This document shows positions 39,901 to 51,893 of a stretch of 64,000 bases of DNA, piece by piece. The DNA is from Laetmonice hystrix. Lineage: Eukaryota. The position numbers and the translations under genes were made by a program. The notes under the pieces were generated by a model. It did not search any database. It was given only the letters and a program-made list of their open reading frames with translations, and was not told the DNA's origin. The stretch spans positions 19,966,001 to 20,030,000 of the forward strand of contig OZ249436.1 of assembly GCA_965235115.1 (NCBI GenBank), read 5' to 3'. Position 1 is the stretch's first letter. Each line of letters opens with the position of its first letter.

Positions 39901-40700
39901 TAGGAACTTACTGTACTATGTTAAAATAAGTGCATTGTGACAGAAATTCTTCAAGTATAGCATGGAATCATTCACAAAGCCAAAGTGCTTAAACTCTTTC
40001 CTAAGCAGAAGAGTTTCAGTGTTCAAGAAGAAAATCAGCCCACACCTGGTCAACCTTTTTATGTTTCCATCAAAAATTAGTTTCAAATGTACTTCAGTGG
40101 ATCTGATCTAGATGCATTTCAAGTCATAGTAACTAAGTGTGGTATGGCAGAGCATAGTTGTCCAATGCTGCGGCATAAATGGTCCAGGCCAAAAATACTG
40201 GGTGAACATGAAGAATGTTAATTGAATGTTGCAGAACGTGACATGGGTATATATGACGAGGAGTACACGCTTGAGCATCTCAAAATAACTATGCTGGACA
40301 ATTACGTTGGCAAGGGTAGTGACTCTGACAGTGACTCTGACGATTGTGTATTGAGAGTATCCTCATACCAAATGTAAGTATCCAAGGCAATTGAATTTCA
40401 AGAGCTTATCATAAGATATTTGCGGTATAACAGATTGAAGTAAATCTTACACATGACTTTTTGAATCTGAACTATGGTATTGAAAGAGAAAGCTAGAATT
40501 ATGAATGACGACAAAGTAATGTTTGTAGGTACCAGATGACACGAGCCGGGGAGTGGTCAGAGGACGAGATTGACGAACGTATGAACAACCTTGGTTTCAC
40601 TGAGGATGAAGTACAGGAACTCCTGTGTCAAGGTGTCAAACCCTGGGATGATGACGCCTGGGATGTCTTGGATGTCCTCTACGATGGCTGGCAGTTCTAA
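36936..40700 (+). CDS. Zinc-finger family paralogue B: tandem CCCH plus two atypical C2H2 fingers plus C-terminal QGVKPWD motif (8 coding exons)
   Basis: Exons 36936-36959 (MATGGGKF), 38084-38196 (NKVCWYFNNGRCLFGESCRNEH...RCKFYR), 38386-38647 (TPSGCRNGNRCSYRH... acidic linker), 38792-38855, 39266-39426 (ECGKEF...DHYVEKLLTRDPEH...FLCSYCER), 39623-39740 (RFPKLVSYLQHMKSK...KDVH), 40235-40373 and 40529-40700 (...GFTEDEVQELLCQGVKPWDDDAWDVLDVLYDGWQF*). All introns are GT-AG and splicing gives one open frame. AATAAA at 41132-41137. Confidence 0.88.
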
Positions 40701-41485
40701 CAGCAGATAATTCATGCCAGAAGTGAATGTGTAAACATTGAGCCTTGCCTGACAATTCTTCAAGATTTCATTATCACATAGTTAACTGCTCAAGGTGGTG
40801 TGGCAGACCTATTTAAGAAGTGGAATGAAAAAAGCTGTAGCTCGGTTCGTTATTGTTACATAATTGACTTCTGGAGTAGTTCTGTCGATCAATTGGCCTT
40901 CACTTGTTTCTGTGATATCCTTCAATTACCAAAGGACATATGTCTTCTACATATCGCAGTTGTATTTGTGTGTAATGCAGGAAATACTAATATAAGAAAG
41001 GTGGACTAAAGTGGTTACCGTTGACTGTTTATGTTCAAACTAATTATTCTTTGTTACTTTAATGATTAAACTGCCACATAGGAACCTAGACTAATAAGAA
41101 CTTGGTAAAATATTTGGACGCTAACCTGGAAAATAAAACCTTTCTTTGTTGCTTCACAAATGACTTTTCTTCTTTTTTGCAAACACGCCTAATAATTTGC
41201 CCTTGACAGCGTCTATTAAATGGAAAGTTGTGCAGAGAATTAGGGTACATGATCACATGGTGTACAGTTTGAAGCATCGGTGTTACATATCTTTGATTTC
41301 TATTTAAAATTTTCTTTTATATTATCGGGGGTATTCAATTTATCTTTACACGACATGTAGTAAACTTGGTTGAAGGAAAGAAGAATCGTACTAAAAGGTA
41401 TCGATCAATATAATACACATGTACGTGTATTAGGGCTGCTGAAGGTATCTTATTATAGATCTTTTTTTTCATATCAGTATGGCTA

Positions 41486-41939
41486 AGGAACTGTCCATAA
41501 ATTATGTAACGCTTGGGGGTGGGGGATATGTGGGGTTCCGTTACAAAGCGTTGGGGGTGGCGGGGTGTGAGTTCAGTAAGTGTTACATAACATGTACACC
41601 CAACTTATAAAAAAATACGTTCCTAAATTACACCTTTTTATTATTATTACTATTCTCGGTGACCAAAAACATAGGTTTAGACGTCTACCTTGTCAATATA
41701 AGCGTAGGGCTAGTTTTAGTCCTACAAATCCTATAAATCATGATTTGAAAATACAGTCATTTTTTCTTTAGGCAGGTTCAGGCGTCAGATTCTATACCCG
41801 AAACTCAAAGGGGGGGGGTGTCTTGTGCCGATTAGCCTTTACATAATTTTTAGGGGGTGTTTCTTTTGCCGTTACAAAGTGTTACAGGGGTGGGGGTCTT
41901 TAAAACAGGCAAAAAAGGCGTAATTGATGGACAGCCCCT
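41486..41939. mobile_element. MITE-like element between paralogues B and C
   Basis: Termini AGGAACTGTCCATAAATTATG and CGTAATTGATGGACAGCCCCT are imperfect inverted repeats, with internal GTTAC motifs and G-runs. Confidence 0.6.
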
Positions 41940-42124
41940 ATAACCATTGAATACTATCGGGTTAATCTCAAACTAAATCCGGTAGGTGGCGCAGCTGTTG
42001 AGAAAAGAAACGCACCACCCTTAAGGTGGCGCCACCTATCAGAAGGTTGTTACTCATACCACAGAGACCTATAATTCTGTGCTCATACTGCCTACATATT
42101 TTGGACAGCTGCTGCGGGAGGGCC

Positions 42125-45100
42125 ATGGCCACCGGAGGCGGGAATTCCGTGAGTGTTTGATTGAGAAGTTCGAGGTTTAGTAGCTGTGTTACCCAGTCTG
42201 GGCCGAGAGTTATCGATAGGTTAATGGGATGTAGAATGGTGTCTGAACTAACTGATTAGGCCGCCTAGCTAGGCCTACTCACTTACTGTGGCCACAAGGA
42301 GTATCATGTTGTTATGTTGGTTGAGGTATCGTCTCCCAAGTGAGTTGATAAAGGGCGCTGTGTGTAGGCCAGTAAAGTGCTACCAACTCTCACGAAATTT
42401 CCGTGACCCTGACGGATTTTTCTGGTCATGGCTCATGTACTCACGGCTGACGGGTGATCTCACGGACAGTGGGCCCCGGGGATCCAGGATTTTGATCATA
42501 AGGGGGGGGGGGGGGCAAAAAAGTTTAGCCTCGCTATATCTACGCTCGGTATGATTCGGGCCCCTGGGCGCCCCCGCCCCCCCCCCCCCCCGATCCCCCA
42601 ACTGTGCACGGATATTTAGGCAAATGGGGGTTTAATTTCACCCATGACAACATAAGCACTGTCACTTTACCCAAATAGGCCCATAACCCCCCCAATGCAC
42701 AGATCGAATATGTACCATTTTTAACGTAATATTTCAAATTTTTCCGAGAGGGCATGCCCCCAGACTGCCCCTAGTGTTGCTTCGTACCTCTGGTGTTCGC
42801 CAGATTTTCTTTCTCCTGGTTGGCAACACTGCCAGTATTATAACTAATGATGTGTAAACAAATTACCTGCCAGGTGAAATGATTTGTATATAGGCCCCTA
42901 GCCTATTATAGGCCAACATATGTAGGACAGTCATGACATAAGCCTATATATCATTGTTTGCAGAATAGGAAAGTTTGCCGCTATTTCCTTACCGGAGGTT
43001 GTTGGTTTGGGAATGCATGCCACTTTTTACATGCCGAAAATGAACAGCCTGAAAAATGCAGATTCTATAGGTGAGTAGGCCCTACAGCGTATAATTAGGC
43101 CTGCATGTTTAATGGGCCAGTAGGCTCTAAAGATTAACGAAAGATTAATGGTAAGTTATGCTACAACACGTGGTTCTGTGAGAAGACTACTGTGTTTACT
43201 TTAATCTCTCTAGGACAGTCACTGGGTGTCGTTATGGTGAAACCTGTTTCTACCTCCACGATGCCTCATCCTCGGAGAGTCTGCTTGCACCGTCAGAACT
43301 TGCCATCATGATTGAAAGCTGGCGATCTCTACCATTCACCTCGGACTCGCCCAGACAGTCTCCTGCCATCACCAGCAATGACCCCTGGGTCAGTGACCCA
43401 GCCGAAAAAACAGATTCCTTAACAGAGTGCCTAAGGGCTCAGACATTGTTTGCATCCGAATCTGGCAAGAGTAGCAGTGATGGGAAGGGGACTCATGGGG
43501 TTACACCCGAGAAGGTTGACGGTGCACTGAGAGATATAATCAGCCCAATACAAATGGTAAGTCCTGACAAAGCAGAGCTTGCAGCTTCATTTGGAGGCCT
43601 CGAAATGACTTCAAGTACTCCAATGAAGGAGGGCCCTGCGTCTATTGGAAGTGAAGGCATTGGGAAAGAGCCAAGGAAGGATGAGGCAAAACACCAAGAT
43701 GTGAAAAAGGTACAAATTATTAGTATTGACATGTACTGATTACCAGTTGCACACAAATTACTCCCCTTAATGTGGGGAACCAACATGCTAGACCAACTTT
43801 AAACAAATTGTTTCATACAGGCTTTATCAGTTAAAAGCATGCTGTTGGGGTACTTTTTGGGGAGCAAACTCCATTTTTACGTTTCCTATTGCCAAATTAT
43901 ATGGTTTCAGAGACCTGCCAGGCTAGTCACCATTTTAGTGATCTTCCGCAACATGTACATGAAAAAAGGTTTTTTTAGCTCGTCTGATGGTGAAAAGATT
44001 TTCTGGCTGAAAATTTCAGATGAACATTATTATTATACTCGTAATAATGGGATTGTTCGTTATATCCCCATAGAATGTTGAAGAGGCCTGTTGTCCGTGT
44101 GGGAATCGAGGAAAATGCTGTAGTTGTATCTGTGCAAAGTCAGGTTGTACCAACTGCAAAAATCGCAATTGTCGCTTCAAGATCCAGAAGGTTAGCACCC
44201 ATATCCCAATCACAGAATCCAGATTAACAAAGATTGAGTTGCAGTATTGTATTTGAACAGAAAGTTTTGTGTTAAATCTTCTATAAAATAACCATGAGTG
44301 TGAAAAGTCAAACTTTACATCTATCAGAGGATAGAGTTAAGGAAGGTTTGGTTATTTTACAGGAAAACAGTGAAGATGACCAAGTCGTTACTAAGTTGAA
44401 GCCTCTGAAGAAGAAGCACAGCTTGGTTGCTGTACAGACAGCCACATGTGGTATCTGAACTTTAAACTGTTGTTAGTTGTAGAAGCTAACTTACAGGTCA
44501 TATGAAATCGTTATCCAACAAGAATAAATAAAAAACTAATCTAACTTATTTAAATTAATCATGAAATGAGACATGCGTGCCTAAACGTGTGATGAGTTGG
44601 CATATCTCCCTATAGGTCATTGTAGTGAGAAAATAAAGGAGCAAAACTTGTCGAAGGCCTTAACTCAACACTACATAGAACGTCTTCTGGCAGCAGACCA
44701 GAACCACATGCGATTCTTCAGTCAACACTATCAGTTTTCAGAAGCTTCCTTTTGGTGTGGTGCCTGCACTAAGGTGAGTGTTAATTACACATGCCCAACC
44801 TCCAATGGACAATAGACAGGTTTTCCACGTACATTTCCTCTACATTATTTGTATTGTCCACAATTAAAGTCAAATTGTTTTTGGTAACAGAAGGAAAAGA
44901 ATGAAACAAATACAGCGCTTGAATAAGATAAGGGCACGATATATATGTTGCTACAGGTACTGAGTTGCTTTAATAGTGATCAGACTTTCAGCTGAAGTTA
45001 GTTAATCGACAATCTAGAGATGGCACTCCATTGACCAATATAATCTTGTTACATGTTTTTTTATTTCTTTACACCTAGATTTATTCAGGAATCAAAGGTT

Positions 45101-45955
45101 TCATGAGTCACATGAAAAGTAAGCTGGCCAATGTAAACAAACCTAAAGAGAGACAGACGCATGCCAAGATGATGGACATGATCGTGCAGCCATTTATAGG
45201 TCAGACTTTCTTTGCTTTAAACATTTTTAACGTTCAACTTTCTTTCCACTACAAGGAAAGAAAGGACAATTGTAGAAACCGAGTAGGTTAATACCAGTAC
45301 ATGTACATGTACCGTTGTTTGTCTCTAGACCTATGGGGGTATGTAGTTAGCGTTTGGCAGATTTGGCAAAATTGTGGGAAATCTCTTACGTGCTTTCTCA
45401 ATAAGTAAACAAAGTTTTGAGGGCACTGATTTTTTTTTCAATTACAAGGCTCTAAGCACCAACACGTCATTACGTTTAGTTGAGTTTGCTTTGGTTTTAT
45501 TGTTAACAGAACATGATCTTGGGACCCTGTGTAGGTCAGATGTACTTGGGAGGCTAATGCTCATGTTGTTGTCCTGCTACATATATGACGACGACACCAC
45601 TCCACAACTTATGTAAGTTAAAGTGAATTCACTGTTATTCAGTCGTGTATAACTTCTCAATTAGCCTTGCAGCTGTTACGGCGTGGAATATTCATGTTTG
45701 ATATCGGCATTCACTGCTAACCTTACTGAACGTATGTCTGTTTTGCATATTATATCGTTTGCAAGGCGTCGCATGAAGAAAGTCAATACGATGACAGGAG
45801 TTGAGCTTCAGAGAGAGATGCAGAAACGCGAGGTGAACTTTGACGACTTGTTCATGCCCACCGACCCAGACGACATCAACGACCTGCTGTGTCAGGGAAT
45901 CAAACCATGGGACAGTGAGGCTGGCGCAGCTCTCGACGCACTCTATGACTTCTAG
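42125..45955 (+). CDS. Zinc-finger family paralogue C: tandem CCCH plus Cys-rich exon plus two atypical C2H2 fingers plus QGIKPWD motif (9 coding exons)
   Basis: Exons 42125-42148 (MATGGGNS), 42964-43070 (NRKVCRYFLTGGCWFGNACHFLH...KCRFYR), 43214-43709 (TVTGCRYGETCFYLH... Ser-rich), 44074-44190 (CCPCGNRGKCCSCICAKSGCTNCKNRNC), 44363-44450, 44616-44773, 45079-45199, 45510-45612 and 45766-45955 (...DINDLLCQGIKPWDSEAGAALDALYDF*). Introns are GT-AG, phases match paralogue B, and the frame is open. AATAAA at 46211-46216. Confidence 0.88.
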
Positions 45956-46714
45956 TCACACCGAGATACCGGGGGTCTCTGGTAGTCAGCTCTCAACGTT
46001 GCGTAGGTGACTGTCGTCATCATAGGGAATGACGACACCGGTAACGCTTGGGATCTGGGGCGACGCTGTGATATCCACAAAGTCGCACAAAGCTCACAGT
46101 CGCTGGACAAGTTGTTATGTTAGAAATTTTTGATGTCTTTTCAGACACCTGTGATATAACAAAGAAATCACGCATGTCTGAACGCTTGAGATATATTTCG
46201 TGATACTTTTAATAAATTATAGGCCTACGAAGATTCTTTTTTGAAAGTAAAAAAATTAGACTTGTTGGCAGGCACCATGGTGTAAGCATTAGTCGGCGAT
46301 GGCTAGACTCGTAAAGTGGTCGAATAGAGAGAAATCTATGTGAATCCTTGTCGCCAGGGAGTCTGTGATGAAAATGTAGTTATTCAATGACAACATTTGA
46401 GAATTGTGTATGCATAAAAATGAATCTATAATTCTACATGTGGTGCGACAATTGTACAGTCGTGGAATGAAGTAAACATGTGAAGTGATCAGTTCTCTAT
46501 GTTATATTTCTACCGTCGGCCTGCTGTGGTCGAGTTTTTAGTGAGGAATTTTCTTATCACGGTCGGGAGTGTCCTGATGCAGTGCTCATTTAGCTAGAAA
46601 AAAATGATAACGTCTTGGAAAATGGATTGTCATATCGCTTCGCTTTTTCCATCCTCGGAGATGTATGGCCAGTTTTCTCATTCAGTCCAGAGAGATACAG
46701 CCATCTTTATGGTT

Positions 46715-46874
46715 GATGAAGTAATTACTTTTGTGCTTTGGCTGTAAATGGGGGTGTGGGGGTGTGGGGGTGTGATGCAGTAATTATTTTTGTGATTTGG
46801 CTATAGATGGGGGGGTGGGGGGTGGATGCAGTAATTATTTTTGTGCCTTAGCTATAGATGGGGGGGGGGGGGGG
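46715..46874. repeat. Three degenerate ~50-60 bp tandem repeats ending in G-runs
   Basis: GATG(A/C)AGTAATTA(C/T)TTTTGTG...GCT(G/A)TA(A/G)ATGGGGG occurs three times. Confidence 0.75.
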
Positions 46875-48805
46875 TCCAGTAAGGTCGCGTAGGCCTACCG
46901 GTAATAGGAAACTTGATAATTCAATCTTCACAGCGAAAACGGAGCCAGAATACTGAACACTGAAAGGGGTCCATTTTATCCCGGGTCCCCACGGCAACTG
47001 CTGAAAATAGCACAAAAAGCAAAGGCGACCAAGTCAGTGCCAGTGGTCTGACGCATTGTTGGCAATAAGGCCATGTTTTAGGTGATGAATTCAAGTCCCG
47101 AGCAGTGCAGGACCAAATATTGAGTTATATATACCCGGTATTATTTTTGCTTTTAGTTGGCGTTCATATGAAAATCAAAGTACGTGTAATAAACCCGATC
47201 ACGGGGGCGTCAAAACTGAGGCGAGGGATTTCCGATAGGGCCAAAACACAAGCAGCTACTTTCTGTCCATCCATTTATTTCATTATAACGAACACGCACA
47301 ATAGCAGTGAACTCTAACTTTTATAGATATCTTCTAACATTCAGAACTACGGTAGTCTCCTTTTCTATAAATATATCGTTTTTGTTAACCATACGTAGGT
47401 TTTACAACTTGTTACCGTCAACAAACTGTACAATCAATGTTCTCTAAACAAAATAAACGAGGAGATTAACATAACGATAACAGGTTATTCAGAACACTGG
47501 CTACAGTCGAGACCTGGCCAGCAAGAGATAATCCGTGTGATTAACTGTACATGTACTGATGTGAGGTTTGATACATTTAACAATTGACTAGAAAATCAGA
47601 ACCATATCGTACAAGGCACTAATACAAAATACTTACATCCTGTGCTCGGCGCATGACCAGAAACAGCTTTTATGTGCCGGTGTATTATGCTATGAAACGT
47701 CAATTAATGTGACCAATATTTTTGGTGGATATAAACATTTCTTGCACATGAGCTATCAATTGGCACATTCAATCGTGAACGATATATAGCAATATGAATG
47801 CTACATATGATGGATTTTATGCAGCAAACCAACCACATTAAAAAAAAACAGATTTTTCCCTCGGTAGGGCACATTCAGGTTGCCATCCTCCCTCCTAGTC
47901 TACATTATGAAGAATTCCCTGAACCTAGGCCTAGAAAGAACCGAGTCCCAATTACAAACACTACTTGTTCGGTATTAGTTCCTATGTAATCTGAATAATG
48001 GAACTGATAAGAACTCTGTAAAGAAAATTTATTCTTACTCTTGATTTTAAATGCTGTAAAAATCTTTCGCCGACTGCATCCCTTCTGTAAATTCACATGT
48101 ATATGTTAAATACTGCAGAACAAATACCCCTTGGTAATTACTATTAAACAAATGGACTGGTAGGACGATTGGGGACCCAGGAGAATCGCCCCCTTTTTGC
48201 CAAATTATCCCCTCTGGAACACACTCCATTTTAAAAATTCTGGATCCGCCTCTGTTCGTACCGACTCCTTGTAATGTGCGGTTAAAAATATATCGGCTCA
48301 TTTTCAAGTGATGAAACTAGTTTCTTAATATCTGTGGGAACGTTAACAAAAATCTGAAGTTTTTATCTGTACCTGATTTTAATATCTATTGCGTATTCAC
48401 TGTGCAGGTCCAAACTATCTTCTGGCTTACCAAAACTACACCATATTACAAAACACGATATCACAGATATTAAACTAAGGTTGTATAGGTCTTGATGAAG
48501 ACTGGAATGATGATGTCATTCCTGCACACATTCAGGATTCTTGCAACACAACACCCTGTGTCGTACTGTGTTTGTCGAGGCGAGTTTCTATCTGTTGAAA
48601 TCACGCTCACGTTCAAAACAAATGTCCTCTGAAAACTCATTAAACTGAATTTTACAATTCCTCTAACTGTCTTTATCATTTGTAATTCATTACTTTCTAA
48701 TACTGATTAAAGTTTCTGATTATACTGGCCATCATACCTTGTACTTTGATCGTCTTAATGAGTTACAATTAAGGACCCCCCCCCAACAAAAAAAAAATTC
48801 ATTAA

Positions 48806-49136
48806 ACTGGCACCCCAAATTCTTCAGATACTTGCCTTTGATCCCCACGGTAAAATTTCAGGTTCGAGCGATAATCGAAAGTATTTTTAAAATGAAGTTG
48901 TTAGGGCCTCGAGTTACCGTTCGACCCGTACGCTATTTTCTGAAACCAGCGCGGGCTGGGAGGTAGCGGTAATCTATTTATAGATCACAGATTAGGCTCC
49001 TATGACAGCGGAATGGAGTGGAAGCCAGGACAGTGTAGACAGATTTTTCCATTCCATTTTTATACTTTCGCTTAACGCTCTAACCTAAAATTTGTGGGGG
49101 TCAATGGTAAGTATTTGATGAATCTGGGGTGCCACT
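48806..49136. mobile_element. Kolobok-like MITE (331 bp) with TTAA TSD and ~42 bp imperfect TIRs
   Basis: TTAA at 48802-48805 and 49137-49140. Left end ACTGGCACCCCAAATTCTTCAGATACTTGCCTTTGATCCCCA versus right-end revcomp AGTGGCACCCCAGATTCATCAAATACTTACCATTGACCCCCA. Confidence 0.8.
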
Positions 49137-49953
49137 TTAACGCACCCATGCCTACCTGTTCGTCAGGCAACATAGAAAAGGTTAACATTTTGCCATATCT
49201 TTTAGGACGCATCGACCTATACATTCGAAACATATTCTTATTGATAATGTGACAAACTAAAATGGCACATCAAGTACCGGTCGCCGGGAGTTGCAGGTAG
49301 GCCTAAGTTTGAATCTTCAAAAGTCACGCGATTCCACCGTCTTGGACTGGTCCGCTCTTGGACTGGACGATAAAAATATTAACTTTTCTGACACTGGATT
49401 CGGGCACCCGTGATTTATGTGGTTGTAATACACCTAAGAGTGCAGCTGTCTAAAATATATGCCTCATGAATTGAATTATGTAAGCCATAGGAACACTTAA
49501 CACTCTTGGCTAGACAATAGCTGTGTGTCCTGATACTCGATAGGCAGGATGGACAGAAAACTTGCGATTAGACAGTGCTGCCACCTGGCGAGGCCTTGTT
49601 GATCAAACTCTGCCGCCATATATGGTATACTTTTGGTGCCTGTGAAAACAACCACACACGCTCTCAGACGCCAACATGTAGAACATAATATATTATAGTT
49701 ATGTGTGCGCCTGTGCTACGTAAGGGTAGATATTTGGGTGGACCACCATATTTTACATATATTTTGTAATGGCTACCAATAGCCGCCACTCACCCGGCTA
49801 TATTCCTGAAGCAAAGAGTTGAGGTTTTTCGTGTTGTTAACGTGCACTTTTTGATATAATGCTCTGAGCGAACAGGGTTCTAGGATCTATATATGTGTAA
49901 TCCTGTGTGCTATAGCCTCTGTTAGTGTGAGCTCGGTCATGTAGGTACAACCA

Positions 49954-50192
49954 CTTATGCGGGATTTCCACCGGACGCGAGCGAGCGATTTGTTTTGGTG
50001 CGCACGCTCGCGTCAAAAGTAGAAATCGTTGAAGTGATTGCAGTAATTTCCACCAGACGCGTGCGCACACATGCCGGGCTCGCGTCTGGTGAAAATTACT
50101 GTAATCACTTCAACGATTTCTACTTTTGACGCGAGCGTGCGCAACAAAACAAATCGCTCGCTCGCTCGCGTCCGGTGGAAATCCCGCATAAG
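49954..50192. mobile_element. Near-perfect palindromic MITE (~108 bp arms, 19 nt spacer, TA flanks)
   Basis: CTTATGCGGGATTTCCACCGGACGCGAGCGAG...CACCAGACGCG and CGCGTCTGGTG...CCGGTGGAAATCCCGCATAAG. Confidence 0.9.
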
Positions 50193-51893
50193 GGGACATT
50201 TATGAAGCTACTAGTTTTCAGTGAAAAACCATCCTAGCTAAAGTTGTTAACAAAATAGTTGTTCCGTTGTTCCAGTTGGCCTACGTGCAAACAGTTATAA
50301 TATACCAATACTACCACAAGTAAAACAGTTTTCCTAAAACAACATATTTGCCATTTTCGTACATTTTTTTTCTCCTTTCTTTCTTGTCGATTTTGACTTA
50401 GGGCTAAAAGAATCTGTGTCTCCATAGTAGCCCTTACCTGCTTCTTTTCACGTGAAACATTACCTTCTAATCTACAGTGTGTAAAGAGGCTCTTGTAAAT
50501 CGCATATAATAAGGTACAGTATGACTGTTTTATTGATCTATTATAGCACAAAGGCATAGCGCCGGTGGCAGCTGCAATGGTGCAAGGTCGTGGAACCCAG
50601 CCATGACTGTTAATTCAAGGCACCAGACCCGCTACCCGACTCTATCCGACTGACCTTCACGACACAGTGCTGCCGTGGAATACACTGTATCCACAAACTG
50701 GGGTTGGCAAGGTGGCCGCTAGAGACGATTCCTTGTCATGAATTTACCACTAGCCTGCGAGAAGCGCTTCCTCGACAGTATATCAGTATTATGGGCACAC
50801 ATATCAACTTGTTTGTCGCATCTCTCTACATGCGGAACTCGAATTTCCGACTTGCTCCAATCGCTGTGTATACGTCGCAGCCACTACTAGATAGCGTGCC
50901 AACGAATACGACTATCTGCAGGAATATAACTGTAGAGTGTGAGAGATGTTAAGAGATAATACATGGGGTTACGCCGAACATGATGAAACTGGAAGGTCGA
51001 ACATACTGTGAGCAGCAGCTGATAACGATAGATTTCCCCCGCCTTCCATGTAGGCCTAGCCTAATCACAATAATGCCATAATAAGGATGGCCATTGGCAT
51101 TGGTGGCTTAGGTTAACTATCACACTATAAGGGCTGACTCGAACCAGCTGCCCTCTAACAGTCGTCCCCTGGGTGACGTTGGGACAGGCGCCGATTCAAT
51201 ATGCCACGACTCGTGCAATCTGGACACAGGCACCGTTATACCGGCATTTACCTGCTACCTGTCGCAATGCGTTTATATTTCTTATCAACAGAAACCTTCT
51301 AAATATGTAGATCTATACACTAAAAACTGCTTGTGTATGAATCTAAACGGACTAAAACTAATGCCCACTTTAATGATCATGTAAATGTTTTGCATTCATT
51401 CCATGCATTATTTGCCCCAAAATGAGCATCACTTGATATTTCATTGTTGCCATCTCTCACACATATATCATCTACAAGAATACCCACTGTCATGCATGCA
51501 GATCAAATTCCAGAACTTATCACAAAGCTTTGCTGGAAACTGCAAACCTCCACAGGAGATTTCATTTCTCAGTTAATCTGACCTCCTTCCTGTACCCCTG
51601 TGTCTGAACGGTCAAACAGAAATCCTAAGTCACTGAAGTGCATCACGCTAAGTCCTAAATCGCCATATTACAAACGTGCCTTCATCATTTTGAACGAGAG
51701 AACTGACATGTAACTGTATGGGTCAGTTTGAAGAGGTTATAAGGACAACAGAAGAAGAAAGGCCCTTATTATTGACCATCAGTGTTTGTTGTTATGGTCG
51801 TATCAACTTGGTGCATTGTGCCAAGCTGGTGCTCTATAATGTGTGATGCCGTTCGTCACAAGTTGGTCAGGTTGGGCGGATGGGGTACTCGGA

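Noticed and set aside
46900..51800. Additional protein-coding gene between paralogue C and PP1
   Set aside because: Only short ORFs without motifs or consistent splice phases; the region is explained by MITEs and the probable PP1 3' UTR.
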